NCBI GenBank assembly: GCA_963707025.1
Contig: CAVPOM010000004.1
Span: forward strand, 64,001-128,000
DNA length: 64,000 nt
Origin: an uncultured Verrucomicrobiae bacterium
GTDB taxonomy: Bacteria; Verrucomicrobiota; Verrucomicrobiia; Limisphaerales; Palsa-1400
Direction of reading: 5' to 3'
Shown here: one piece after another, positions 41,220-55,852 of the stretch
Layout: the number at the start of each line of letters is the position of its first letter
How positions within the stretch are numbered: the first letter of the stretch is position 1
Translations under genes and position numbers: made by a program
Notes under the pieces: model-generated
What the model saw: only the letters and a program-made list of their open reading frames with translations
What the model was told of the DNA's origin: nothing
The model's database searches: none

Positions 41220-41411
41220 ATGCCTGACAAGGATGCGGTGGTGGCCATCACTGCCGACACCGCCGACATGCAAGGCGAATTGAACGCGATTTGGAACAAC
41301 CTGTTTCCCGCATTTCAATCCGGGGCGCTGCCAGAGGATGCGGCCGGACAGGCAAAGCTGAAGCAAGTGATCGCCAATCTGCAAGCCCATCCGGCGAAGA
41401 AGGATAAATAA
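41220..41411 (+). pseudogene. C-terminal fragment of serine hydrolase (beta-lactamase-like)
   Basis: MPDKDAVVAITADTADMQGELNAIWNNLFPA resembles the C-terminus of that family. Confidence 0.55.
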
Positions 41412-41437
41412 AATGGAATCTTATTAATCCAATTCTT

Positions 41438-42760
41438 ATGAAACGAAATTCTTTGGTGGTCCTGCTTTTGCTGGCACTGGCACCCGTCGTTCAGGCTGAA
41501 ACTGCCACGGTGCGCGAGCGTTTGCTGCTCGATTTCGGCTGGCGCTTCCACCAGGGCGACCCGGAAGACGCGATCAGCAATGGCACGAACATCTTCGATT
41601 ACCCCGAGCCCGGCACACTCGACAAGACGCGAACGCGGGATCTGATCGCGGCCGCCGACCTGGCGGCGAACCGGGCTGACCCGGTGGCGATCAACCTGGG
41701 TGCCAAGGTTTCGTTTGTCCAGCCTGGTTTCGACGCCCGAAGCTGGCGGGAGCTGGACATCCCGCACGATTGGGCCGTGGAATTGCCGTTCGATCCCCAT
41801 GGCAACGCCGCGCACGGCAAGAAGGATCTCGATCCGAAGAACGGCACGACCATCGGCTGGTATCGGCGCGCCTTCGATCTGGCTCCCGCGGATTCGGGCA
41901 AAGCCGTCTGGCTCGAATTAGATGGGGTTTATCGCAATGCCGTGATCTGGCTCAATGGCCATTGCCTGGGCCGCCACATCAGCGGCTACGGCAGCTCTAT
42001 GTTGGATATTGGCAAGGTAGCAAATTTCGCCGGACGCAACACTTTGGTCGTGCGGGTTGATGCCACACGCTACGAAGGCTGGTTCTACGAAGGGGCGGGA
42101 ATTTACCGCCATGTCTTGCTGGTCAAAGCCAGCCCGCTCCACGTTGCCCACTGGGGCACTTCCGTCACCACCCTCGAAGTGACGGATAGGCAAGCGGTGG
42201 TCAAAGTGGAAACCACCCTCACCAACGATTCGGATACTGCCCGGGTCTGCATGGTGGAAATCCAGATCGTTGAGCCCGACGGCCGGCAGCTCAAGGGGGC
42301 GGGCGCAATTGGCTCCAACGCCGGCCGGAGCCTCTCTCCCGCCGAGATTCCCGCCCACAGCCAGAAAATCATCACGCAGTCCATTGAGGTGCCACAACCG
42401 CAGCTGTGGTCACCTGGGACGCCCCGCCTCTACCACGCGGACATCAGCGTGAAAGAGTGGGCGGGGAGCGTGGTGGACGCATGCGAGACGACCTTCGGCA
42501 TCCGCACATTCCGGTGGGACCCGAACGAGGGCTTTTTTCTCAACGGCAAGCACGTTGAGATTCAGGGCACTTGCAACCATCAGGATCACGCCGGCGTGGG
42601 TATCGCACTGCCGGACCGGATCCAGTCTTTCCGAATCGAGAAGCTCAGGGAAATGGGCGCCAACGCCTACCGGACGGCACATGGTCCACCGACGCCTGAG
42701 TTACTCGACGCCTGCGACCACCTTGGAATGATGGTGATGGACGAGATCCCAGCTATGTAA
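41438..42760 (+). pseudogene. GH2 beta-galactosidase, C-terminally truncated
   Basis: PHDWAVELPF, WFYEGAGIYR, HQDHAGVG, YRTAH; stops just after MDE, before the catalytic NE. Confidence 0.85.
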
Positions 42761-42762
42761 GT

Positions 42763-43542
42763 ATGGACGCCACTGGGCGCTACCTGATGATCGCCAACTT
42801 CCAGGGCGGCAGCATCGCCACGTTCGCGCTGGAGCCTGACGGCAGCATTGGCGAGCGCACCGCGTTCGTGCAGCACACTGGCACCAACGTCAATCCAGCT
42901 CATCCCATTCAGGCCCACGCTCACTCAATCCGGGTTGATCCGGCCAACCGGTTTGTCTTGGTGGCGGATCTCGGCTTGGACAAGTTGTTCACTTATCGGC
43001 TGGACTCCATGACTGGCGCGCTCCAGCCAAATGACCCGCCGTTCTCATCTGTGGCGGTGGGATCGGGCCCGCGTCATACCGCCTTTCTTCCCGATGGCCG
43101 CATTGTTTACCTGATCAATCAGATGGCCAGCACCATTATCCGTTTCGGTTGGGATTCAGCTACTGGCGCCCTCACGCAATTTGAGCCCGCTTCCACACTG
43201 CCGGAGGGATTCAAGGGTCAGAACGATACGGCTGAAATTCTCGTGCATCCTGGCGGGAAGTTCATTTACGCCACCAATCGCGGACACAACACGGTGGCAG
43301 TGTTTTCCGTCGAGGGGGAGACGGGGCGCCTGAAGTTGATTCAAGACATCTCGACCCAGGGCAAGACTCCGCGAAACTGTGAATTCGACCCCACTGCCCA
43401 CTGGCTGCTGGTGAGCAATCAAGATAGCAACAACGCGGTCGTCTTCGGCATAGATCCGAACACCGGACGGCTGACCCAGGCTGGGGAACCGATCAAGGTT
43501 TTGTCGCCTTTTTGCGAGCGTTTTCTCCCGGTGGAAAAATGA
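42763..43542 (+). pseudogene. 6-phosphogluconolactonase-family beta-propeller, N-terminally truncated
   Basis: HAHS, ADLGLD, GSGPRH, TNRGHN, TPRN; 259 aa, first blades missing. Confidence 0.8.
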
Positions 43543-43673
43543 TTCCCAAACGCTATTCTTTAATCCGGCATAAATTGAGCGGTGAAAACAACGGTATTCA
43601 ATCCATTTGTTTGGACAGCCGAAATGGCTGCCCAAGACCGTGCCAAATCCGATGAACCCCGGTTCCAAAAATC

Positions 43674-44780
43674 ATGAATCCAAAACTTCCTTGTTGGCTG
43701 GCGATATCTTCGACCATTGGCCTTTTCGCGATATTAACCGGCTGCCACACCTCTGAAGTGTCTAAGCTGGGCGCGGCGACGCCGTGCATGGCTGTGCTCG
43801 ACCGCTTCACCGCTGCTGATGTGCCGGCAATGGGTCCGGACGAAACTGCTTCGCCAGCCGGTCGTTGGACGAACGGCGTCAAGCCCCCTAATCTTCCGGG
43901 CAACGGCCTGGCGCAACATTCAATGCTCGTGGTTAGTGAAAACTACGATAAAATGTTCCTCGTCAAGGATGGCAAAGTCATCTGGACCTATTCCACTGGC
44001 ACCAGCTTCGAATACAACGATGTCTGGATGCTTTCCAACGGTAATATTCTTTTCTCGCGCATGGAATACGCCGAGGAAATCACACCGGAAAAAAAGGTGG
44101 TGTGGCGTTACGATTGCAGCAAAGCCACCGGCGCCAGTCATACGGAGATTCACACCTGTCAGCCCATTGGCCTGGACAAGGTCATGATCGTGGTGAACGG
44201 CCTGCCGCCGAAATTGAAAATAATCAATACCAGGACCGGGGCCGTGGAAGTGGAGCACGAACTGCCTTTTAGCCAGCCGCCCAACCCCAGTGGCATTCAT
44301 GGGCAGTTCCGCCGGACTCGTGTCACCGCCCATGGAACCTACCTTGTTCCGGTCTTTGGGATGGGCTACGTCGTGGAATACGACAAGAACTTCCAGGAAA
44401 TCTGGAGATACAAAATCAAATCGCCGTGGGCCGCCCTTCGTCTCAAGAACGGCAATACGCTGATCACCGATGAAGCGGACAGCCTGACGCGTGAAGTCAA
44501 TCCCAAGGGCGAGACGATCTGGGAATGCAACACGAAGAAGGACCTGCCTGCGGAATTCCAGTTCAGTTCCGCGCCGCAGAGCTGCACCCGCCTGGCCAAC
44601 GGCAATACCATCTTCACTTCCCGCGGTGACAATGGCAAAGGCCCGCAGCTCATCGAGGTGACCCCGGACAAGAAAGTCGTTTGGGTGTTGCAAGACTGGA
44701 AGACCTTTGATGGCATTAGCGCGGTGCAGATCCTGGACGATCCGGGCATCCCCGAAATCCCCGGGCAATCGGAGCACTGA
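43674..44780 (+). CDS. Secreted beta-propeller (PQQ-like repeat) protein
   Basis: Lipobox LTGC; repeats L.NGN.L and E.TP.KKVVW. Confidence 0.8.
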   Translation: MNPKLPCWLAISSTIGLFAILTGCHTSEVSKLGAATPCMAVLDRFTAADVPAMGPDETASPAGRWTNGVKPPNLPGNGLAQHSMLVVSENYDKMFLVKDGKVIWTYSTGTSFEYNDVWMLSNGNILFSRMEYAEEITPEKKVVWRYDCSKATGASHTEIHTCQPIGLDKVMIVVNGLPPKLKIINTRTGAVEVEHELPFSQPPNPSGIHGQFRRTRVTAHGTYLVPVFGMGYVVEYDKNFQEIWRYKIKSPWAALRLKNGNTLITDEADSLTREVNPKGETIWECNTKKDLPAEFQFSSAPQSCTRLANGNTIFTSRGDNGKGPQLIEVTPDKKVVWVLQDWKTFDGISAVQILDDPGIPEIPGQSEH

Positions 44781-44878
44781 ATCGCCATCGGAAGTGGGGC
44801 GGTTCGAGCGGTGCCTGTACTGCCGAATAACTCGGAGGACCGGGTCAATTTGGACGGAATTCCTTTATGATGGACTAA

Positions 44879-48273
<3,395 letters not shown>

Positions 48274-48377
48274 CCTGGCAAACGGGCTTGTGAATAACAT
48301 GTCAAAGAAATACTTGCAAACGAGTGTAATCTGTTTTTCCCGGAAACCTGCCAGTCAGAATCATGAACTGCGCGCTC

Positions 48378-49763
48378 CTATTTCATGAACTGAATATTGT
48401 AGGCGCGATGGTCTCTGGGGAGTTGCAGCGGTCCGGCTGTCGGTTTGCCGTCCACCACGATTTTAGTCCAACCGGACTGGACCTCGATTGTGAAACGGAT
48501 GCCGGCCAATTCCACATCGTTTAGCGTGAAGTCAATCGTCTTAAACGGTTTCAGGTAAACGTTGTGGGCGTCCATTTTGAGTCCGAGAATGGCCATGAGA
48601 TATTCCCAGCACGATTTGTAGCGGGGATAAGGAGGGAAGCGGGGCGTGTCTTTATTAGGTTCTTCCGGCAGAGTGCGGCTCAACCCGTCGGGACCGGCGG
48701 ATTTGTTCCATTCGCCCACGAAGAGGTGATTGTTGTGCAGGCTCGCTTCCAGCGAATTGAAAACGTCCAATGATTTGGCTTCGTCGCCAACATTCGCCAG
48801 CAGCGAGGCCAGCTCTTCCTGCGGGCCAAACCAAGCGGTCCGGGCATGATAGCCGGCCTGCATTTCTGGCTGGTGGCCGGGCCTCATGCCATTAGCCCAG
48901 CCGCGAAAACCCTTTCCCGGATCGTCAATGAGATTGTTAGTGAAGAGAGTGTGGAGCGCGGCGGAAACTTTTTCCTGAGGCAGCACACTCTCTGCTCGCG
49001 GATCCAGGAGCGTGAGCCATTTGCCGAAGAGCTGGTCGTTGAATGTGTCCTGCCCGTCGGTGCGTCTGAGGGCATCCGGGTTTTCGCTGCGGTTGGTGGG
49101 AACAAAAAAAGTGTTCCAGTAATTTCCATCCTTGTTCCAGAGCAACTCGTCCAGGCTCTGTCGCGCCTTGGGCAACATTTCCCCGGCAGGCAGCCCCTCG
49201 ATGACAGACGGCTGATGCAGCGTTCGCGACATCTGGTCCAGGCTGTAAAGCCCATAGACCCACATCACACTCACATAAGAGTTGACGCCGGGCATGTGCC
49301 AGATGTCGTAAGATTGATTGCCTTCGCGGTTGTGGAGTAGATATTGGTAATTATCGGCTTCGTAAACACGGTTGGCGGCCAGGGTGGCCAGCGGCAAACC
49401 TTTGGCCAGCCAATCCGCATCGTTGAACCACAATGAATCGCGATAAACACGGCCGATAAAGGTCGGTTCTTCCGCATAATCCGAGCTGTCATTCCACAAA
49501 GAGTGCCAGACGAATCCGGCCCTGCTCCCGCTGGTGGGAATCACCTTGAAGAATTGATCCATGTCCATTCGCTCCAGCTCGGGCCAGTTGATCATGTAAA
49601 GCCAGTTGTTATAGACGCAAACATCCATCGTATTAACCCAGCCGTGAGGAACTTCCTGCTCAAGAAAATATGGGTCGTCCGTCAGGATGGTCGAGGTGCA
49701 GACCGAACATAGCGACGAGAACCATAGCCGCTTGCAGGCGGGGGGAACGTTGTAACCCGACAC
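48378..49763 (-). pseudogene. GH116-like glycoside hydrolase C-terminal part (N-terminus missing)
   Basis: FLEQE...NTMDV.VY, NQSYDIW.M.G.NSY, LWN..GNYW, DQLFGKW. Confidence 0.6.
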
Positions 49764-49904
49764 GATTTCAGCAAGCTTACATCGATTCCATTGCAGGAAG
49801 TTCCAAGACCAGCACTACCGCAGGAGGTTTGGCACTCGGTGGTTTTAGAAATAAATGATCGGATGGCGCGAATGCAGCGCCTGTGGCGACCCTGATCCGT
49901 CCCG

Positions 49905-50603
49905 TTACGGAACTTTGGCGCCACGGACGATTTCCACGGGAATCCACATGTGCTTCATCAGCGCGCTTTCAATTTTGAAGCCCGCCTTTTCCAGGGCCAC
50001 CCGCACATAGATGGGGCGGCAGTCAAGAAAGTTCGGGAAGTGTTCATGCGTCCATTCAAAAGCACCGACCAGCGGGTCATGTTTGGCGTCTTTGGACATG
50101 CCCACCACCACGATGCGCCCACCCGGCCGCAGAACGCGCTTGCACTCGCGCAACGTCGTCGGGATATCCGGCGTGTCGAACAATTCCAGCGTAAAGCTCA
50201 TGAAGACCGCGTCCATGCTGTTGGCCTCGTAAGGAAGTTGCGTCGCGTCAGCGCAGCGCAGCCGGGCGCGTTCGAGGAGCTTGGACTTGGCGAGGTTCGC
50301 TTTTGCCCGCAGAAGCATTTTGTCCGACAAATCGAGGCCGAATACCATGCCTGTCGGTCCGACGGCTTTCGCGAGGGCCACGAGGCTGTGTCCAGTGCCG
50401 AAGCCGATTTCCAAAACGCTTTCCCCGGCGCGCATGCGCAACAACTCCAATCCCGCCTTGCGCATGGGGGCTTCGCTGCGTTCGGACAGCAAATCATAGA
50501 CGCGACTGATTTTGTTGTAAAACGCCCTGGTCTGGTCTTTCGATTGGAAAACTCTCAGAACGGGGGCAGGACTGGTTTTGCGGGTCGAGTTCATATAGAT
50601 CAT
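49905..50603 (-). CDS. Class I SAM-dependent methyltransferase (UbiE-like)
   Basis: VLEIGFGTG, GLDLS, RVLRPGG; TAATG overlap with ClC stop. Confidence 0.9.
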   Translation of the reverse strand: MIYMNSTRKTSPAPVLRVFQSKDQTRAFYNKISRVYDLLSERSEAPMRKAGLELLRMRAGESVLEIGFGTGHSLVALAKAVGPTGMVFGLDLSDKMLLRAKANLAKSKLLERARLRCADATQLPYEANSMDAVFMSFTLELFDTPDIPTTLRECKRVLRPGGRIVVVGMSKDAKHDPLVGAFEWTHEHFPNFLDCRPIYVRVALEKAGFKIESALMKHMWIPVEIVRGAKVP

Positions 50604-52477
50604 TAAGCGGACAGCGTTGGATCGAACGGACTGCGCTTCCGTTTCATTCCTTGCAAGCGGCCGGCCCGTCCCTCCTTGGCCGTTTCCAAAGCGGACCAGA
50701 GTCCTGAGCGGGTAATCAGCCCGATGGGGCAATCGGGTTTCTCACGCGTCACGACTGGCAAATTGCCGACATCCTTGGCGGCAAATCGCTTCAGAACGGT
50801 GAAAAGGTCTTCATCCGGAAAAGCCGTGGACCCATCGCGAGACATGATGTCCTTGACCTGCACTTTTTGACGCTCCGTCTCGGCGACCCGATGGATGGCC
50901 AAGAGCGTAACCCGTCCGGACAACTTGTTCTGCGCCACCACCGGCAAGCTGGCCAAGCCATAATCTCCCATCAAACTCATGGCGTCGCTCACGGACGCGT
51001 TCGCGTTCACATAGACCGGCATGTGAATCATGACATCGGCGGTCTTGACACGATGCAGCACAATCGGCTCGAACTCGTCGGCATGGAAAGGGGAGTCGAG
51101 ACGGCTGTTGACCTGGGCGGGAAAGATCGTTCGTTTCCCTGAAAGAATAAACGCCGTGACCACGGCGAACATGGCCGGGCCTAACAGCCCATAACCGCCG
51201 GTCATCTCGGAAATCATGATGATCGTGGATATGGGAGCTTTGGCGGCGGCGGCAAAGAAAGCAATCATTCCGACGATCGCATAAGTGCCCGGATGCGGCA
51301 CCGCGGATGGAAAGAGATAGGCGGCCCCATAACCAAACGCGCCGCCAAACATGCCGCCGGTGACCACGCACGGGCCGAATATGCCTCCCGAATTGCCTGA
51401 GCCTAACGTTAAGGACGCACCCACGATTTCAGCAACCGCCGCCAGCAACAGCATGAGCGGCGGCAACAACTGCAGGTCTTGGGATATGGCAAATTGGGCC
51501 CACCCATAGCCGGTTCCAATCACTGAAGGAACCAGGAGACCGATCATGCCGGTGCAAAAACCGCCAATGGCTGCGGCCGCCCACAGAGGGAAACGCTTAA
51601 AGAACTTTTCGAGTTGAAAATAGACCATGAACAAGAACCGCGCCAATAGAGCGCAGCCGACCCCCAACAGCGCATACAGGATCAAAGTCCACGGGTGATC
51701 GAACTGCGTCGCCTGCGGCGGGGGGGTGAATACGGGCTGAAATCCTACGGCGGCTCCGACAATGGAGTAGCCGACGACGGCAGCGATCAAAGCGGGCACC
51801 AAAGCCTCAACTTCGAAATCCTCCTTGTAAAAAATCTCCGCGGCAATGATGGCCCCGGCCAGCGGGGCCTTGAAAATCGCGGCAATGCCGGCACCCAGCC
51901 CTGCAGCCAGGGCAAGGTTCCGTTCCCGCGCAGATAGTTTCAGTAGGTTGGCAATGCTGGCGGCGGCGGAGGCTCCGATCTGGGCAATCGGTCCTTCCCG
52001 TCCAGAAGTGAGACCTCCGCCGATGGTGATGGCCGAAGTGATCAGCTTGAAGATCGAGGTCTTGAAGTTGAGCTTTTCGCTGTTGTGGAACGCCCGAATC
52101 GCGGCATTCGTGCCAATTCCTGCGGTCTGCGGAGCGAATTTCCAGGTGAGAAAGCCACCCACCAAGCCGGCCGCGGTTGTGACCAGGGGGAGCATCCAGG
52201 GACGGCTCATGTGAAATGGATACTGGCTCATACCCCCTTCTCCGCCTGGGAGCGGAGGAATGTATCCAACCAGAGTGCCGAGCACGAAATGCTTGACCAA
52301 GTTGATGCACCAGAGCAGCGCCAACGCCCCCAGGCCGGCCCCGACGCCAATCAGAATACCGATGAGCCCCATTTCCGAAGATAGGTGGCCCCTTCTCCCA
52401 TTTCCGGGATCTGCCTTAAACCAGGCCGTTGAGCTATCCGTTTCCACATAATTGAATTCGATGAACAGCACTGTCAT
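50603..52477 (-). CDS. ClC-family anion channel/transporter with CBS pair
   Basis: GREGP, FKAPLAG, GGIFGP, SEMTG; two C-terminal CBS domains; start uncertain. Confidence 0.92.
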   Translation of the reverse strand: MTVLFIEFNYVETDSSTAWFKADPGNGRRGHLSSEMGLIGILIGVGAGLGALALLWCINLVKHFVLGTLVGYIPPLPGGEGGMSQYPFHMSRPWMLPLVTTAAGLVGGFLTWKFAPQTAGIGTNAAIRAFHNSEKLNFKTSIFKLITSAITIGGGLTSGREGPIAQIGASAAASIANLLKLSARERNLALAAGLGAGIAAIFKAPLAGAIIAAEIFYKEDFEVEALVPALIAAVVGYSIVGAAVGFQPVFTPPPQATQFDHPWTLILYALLGVGCALLARFLFMVYFQLEKFFKRFPLWAAAAIGGFCTGMIGLLVPSVIGTGYGWAQFAISQDLQLLPPLMLLLAAVAEIVGASLTLGSGNSGGIFGPCVVTGGMFGGAFGYGAAYLFPSAVPHPGTYAIVGMIAFFAAAAKAPISTIIMISEMTGGYGLLGPAMFAVVTAFILSGKRTIFPAQVNSRLDSPFHADEFEPIVLHRVKTADVMIHMPVYVNANASVSDAMSLMGDYGLASLPVVAQNKLSGRVTLLAIHRVAETERQKVQVKDIMSRDGSTAFPDEDLFTVLKRFAAKDVGNLPVVTREKPDCPIGLITRSGLWSALETAKEGRAGRLQGMKRKRSPFDPTLSA

Positions 52478-52811
52478 TGCAAAGTTCGGCCGACATCATA
52501 ATGAAAGCGGGCTTCAAATAAACGGATTAAATCAAAATGTCTCTCGGTCCGTTTGCCAGGGGACGGTCCACCGCCGAGCTGTTTTCCTGGGATGGACGGA
52601 ACTAGTCTCCGACCGGCAGCGCGCGCGTGGGCGGCGGAGGGCTTCCGGCCTGCCATTGCCACCAACCTGCCGCCACCAACTTCTCTCCCGCGTAGCCCGC
52701 CACATCCCAGGGATCTCCCGCGGTCCACATGATGTGTGGCCCGATTATCTCAAACAGCACCGACCACCCCGCCCAATGCGCCGCGATTTCTCCGACCCTT
52801 TCTTCTTGCGT

Positions 52812-52837
52812 TGTAAGGTCGTGCCGCCAACCGCGAC
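52812..52837 (+). promoter_or_regulatory. Candidate ECF promoter TGTAAG-N16-CGAC
   Basis: Upstream of DUF1223 gene; same motif and spacing occur at two other sites. Confidence 0.7.
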
Positions 52838-52921
52838 AAATCTGCATGAGTTGAACGCTCGAAAGGCTTCACCCGCGCCGGCCAAAAACGATTTCCGCGC
52901 GTTAGGTGATTACTTTAATGC

Positions 52922-53683
52922 ATGAATCCAGTGCGCTATATTATTTTAGGAGTACTCGCGGGCATCGCGACCGAGGCCGCGCCCATCCAATTTCAGAGTC
53001 CCGAGCGGCAGGTGGCGCTGGTGGAGCTTTACACCTCCGAAGGGTGCCGCAGTTGCCCGCCGGCCGAGTCGTGGTTGAGCGGGCTGAAAGAAAAACCCGG
53101 TCTCTGGAACGAGTTTGTGCCCGTCGCTTTTCATGTGGATTATTGGAACTATCTCGGTTGGCGCGACAAATGGTCCAGCAAGCAGTATTCTGATCGTCAA
53201 CGCGATTATGCCGGACTTTGGGGCAGCGAGAATATTTACACGCCTGAGTTTGTTCTTAATGGTCAGGAGTGGCGCAACTGGCTTGGCCTGAGAGGCGCTC
53301 CCGGTTTGGCTGGAACCAGAATCGGCATCCTCCAGGTTACCTCTGAGGACACAAATCACTGGCAGGTAAATTTTAGACCTGAAGCCGCCGTTACAACCGC
53401 TCTCGAAGTCAATGCCGGCCTTTTGGCCAGCGGATTGGTTTCCGACGTGAAGGCTGGAGAAAACGCGGGGCGCCGTTTACAACACGATTTTGCGGTGCTC
53501 AAGCTCATCAAACAGCCGCTCGCCGGCAAGGACGGCGAGTACCATGGTGCTTTCACAATGACCGGCGGGCAGAATTCGCCGGAAGGAATTTTGGCGCTGG
53601 CCGTTTGGGTCACTCGCAGCGGAACTCTTGAGCCTGTGCAATCGGTTGGCGGCTGGCTGGTGCCGCCGGCGAAAGTCAAATGA
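52922..53683 (+). CDS. DUF1223 thioredoxin-like secreted protein
   Basis: VELYTSEGCRSCPPAE, FHVDYWNYLGWRD, YTPE. Confidence 0.92.
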   Translation: MNPVRYIILGVLAGIATEAAPIQFQSPERQVALVELYTSEGCRSCPPAESWLSGLKEKPGLWNEFVPVAFHVDYWNYLGWRDKWSSKQYSDRQRDYAGLWGSENIYTPEFVLNGQEWRNWLGLRGAPGLAGTRIGILQVTSEDTNHWQVNFRPEAAVTTALEVNAGLLASGLVSDVKAGENAGRRLQHDFAVLKLIKQPLAGKDGEYHGAFTMTGGQNSPEGILALAVWVTRSGTLEPVQSVGGWLVPPAKVK

Positions 53684-54073
53684 GAAGGGCGTGATTTCTT
53701 GGCCGTCCTCGCCGCTTCGAGGACTTTGGACGGTTCAAGGCGCACCTTGAAATCGGGATTAACGTGGACGAAACAGATGACTCCCTTGGTATTGACAACA
53801 AAAACTGCCGGATGAGGAAGGATATGGTTGCGGTTGCCCGTGGCGGCATCCAGATCCACGTTGTGAGTTTTCATCGCTTCGAGAGTGGCGTCGTCCACTT
53901 TGTAGGAGATGCCGAATGCCTTGACGGCCTTGGCATCGCTGTCGGAAAGCAGCGTGTAGTCGAGTTTGTCTTTCTGCATGGTTTCGCGCAGCTTGCTCGG
54001 CTGATCCATGCTGATGGCAATCAACTTTATGCCTTCCTTGGTCAGGTCGTTCGTGATGCTGGTAAGTGCCTGG

Positions 54074-55567
54074 TGAGCTGGACCCCTATTTTTAGACCAC
54101 AGGTAAGTTTCGATTTTTGCCGGTTTGCTGTAGATAAGAAAGAGCAGACTTATGAAAGCAAAATGGAAAAGACACAGTGCGGCCTTCAAGGCCAAAGTGG
54201 GATTCGAAGCCCTGGTGGGGCTGAAGACGGTCGCGCAATTGGCGCGAGAGTATGCGGTGCATCCGGCGCAGGTCACGCAGTGGCGGGCGACGATTCGGGA
54301 TCACATGCCCGAATTGTTTGAGCCCGGGCAACCCCGCACGGAGGATCAGGAACAGTTGATTGCCCAACTGCATGAGAAGATTGGCCAACTGACGGTGGAC
54401 TTGGACTGGCTTAAAAAAAAGTCCAGGCAACTGGGGCTTTAACATGTTTAATCGCTCCCGATCCGCAGCTCAGCGTGCGGCGCCAGTGCGAGCTGCTGGC
54501 GGTGTGCCGTGGCAGTTATTATTACCAGTGCTGTCCGGAGACAGAGGAGAACCTGGCGCTGATGCGGCGGTTGGACCAGATGCATTTGGACCACCCGGTT
54601 TATGGCAGCCGCAAACTGACCGTGCTGTTGCGCCGGGAGGGTTTGACCATCAATCGCAAACGGGTGGTGCGGCTGCTGCGGTTGATGGGGATCGAGGCGA
54701 TTTACGCCAAGCCCAAGACGAGTCTGCGGGAGATGGGGCACCAGATTTATCCGTATCTGTTACGCAATTTGGCAGTGACGGGACCGGATCAGGTTTGGTG
54801 TTCGGACATTACGTATGTGCCTATGGCAACTGGGTTTATGTATTTGGTGGCGGTGATGGATTGGTGGAGTCGTTACGTGCTGGGATGGCGCTTGAGCAAC
54901 ACGTTGGAGGCGGACTTTTGTGTGGACGCTTGGGAGGCGGCGTTGCGGGCGGGGCGTCAGGCGCCGTTGATTTCCAATACCGACCAGGGATCGCAGTTCA
55001 CCTCCCCGATGTTTATCGATGCGGTGGAATCGGCGGGGGTGGACGTGAGCATGGACGGACGGGGTCGCTGGATGGACAACCGGTTTATCGAGCGGCTGTG
55101 GCGGAGCGCCAAGTATGAGGACATTTATTTGCAAGACTATGGCGACGGGTTGGCGGCAGGGCGCGGACTGGGCCGGTGGTTTGACGGCTACAACCGGGAA
55201 CGACCGCACCAGGCGTTGGGCTATGCGACGCCGGCGGACGCGTATTTTGATCCCGGCACGCATGGAGCCCAACCGGCCAAATGGGAAGCGATGCAACCTG
55301 CCAGAGGCAGGAGCGATCGCAGCACTTGACAGAGAGGCAGGCGGCAGGAAAAGGCTTGAAATCAGACCGCCTGCGGCGGTAGAGTTGAGAACCCTAAGAA
55401 AACGGAGAGGGAGGACGGGCAGTGCTCCGCATCGCTCGTTCTCTCTTTTCGAAAGGGTTTTGAAACACGGAATGAACAGTAGTCAACTACAATTAGTAAT
55501 GACAGCAATCGGCAAAAGTCGCGCTTATTTCATGCGCTCCGTGGTCTAAAGGATGGGGTCCACCTCA
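54074..55567 (+). mobile_element. IS3-family insertion sequence
   Basis: TG...CA ends; imperfect IRs TGAGCTGGACCCC...TAGACCAC / GTGGTCTA...GGGGTCCACCTCA; 3-bp TSD TGG (54071-54073, 55568-55570). Confidence 0.95.
54152..55329 (+). CDS. IS3 transposase OrfA/OrfB with programmed -1 frameshift
   Basis: OrfA 54152-54442; A8G slip site 54413-54421 with open -1 frame; WCSDITY, NTDQGSQF, IERLW. Confidence 0.92.
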
Positions 55568-55852
55568 TGGAGATGGGCGTTGCAAAACGGGCACCAACCG
55601 CCGCGATAAAACACCAGCACGGCGGGTTTGTCTGAAACGAGCTTTCGGAGGCGCACTTCCTTGTCTTCCACCGTGCGTAAAGTCACATCGGGAATCGAAT
55701 CACCGACTTTTAGGGCGGAGGGAATGATTGCAGCGCGCGACAGCAGGGCGCCTGCCAGCAGAATGCAGAATATTGTTTTCATGGGTATTTGAGTTTCTGT
55801 TTTGAATAGGGAGAACTTTTGTCTCAATTCTGACCAAAGGTTGTGTCGTTGT

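Larger units (their letters stand above)
53692..55782 (-). pseudogene. AhpC/TSA (peroxiredoxin-like) redoxin interrupted by IS3
   Basis: FYRGGWCPFCNAHL | QALTSI...LPHPAVFVV rejoins in frame when the IS and one TSD copy are removed; stop appears lost (TCA at 53692-53694). Confidence 0.88.
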
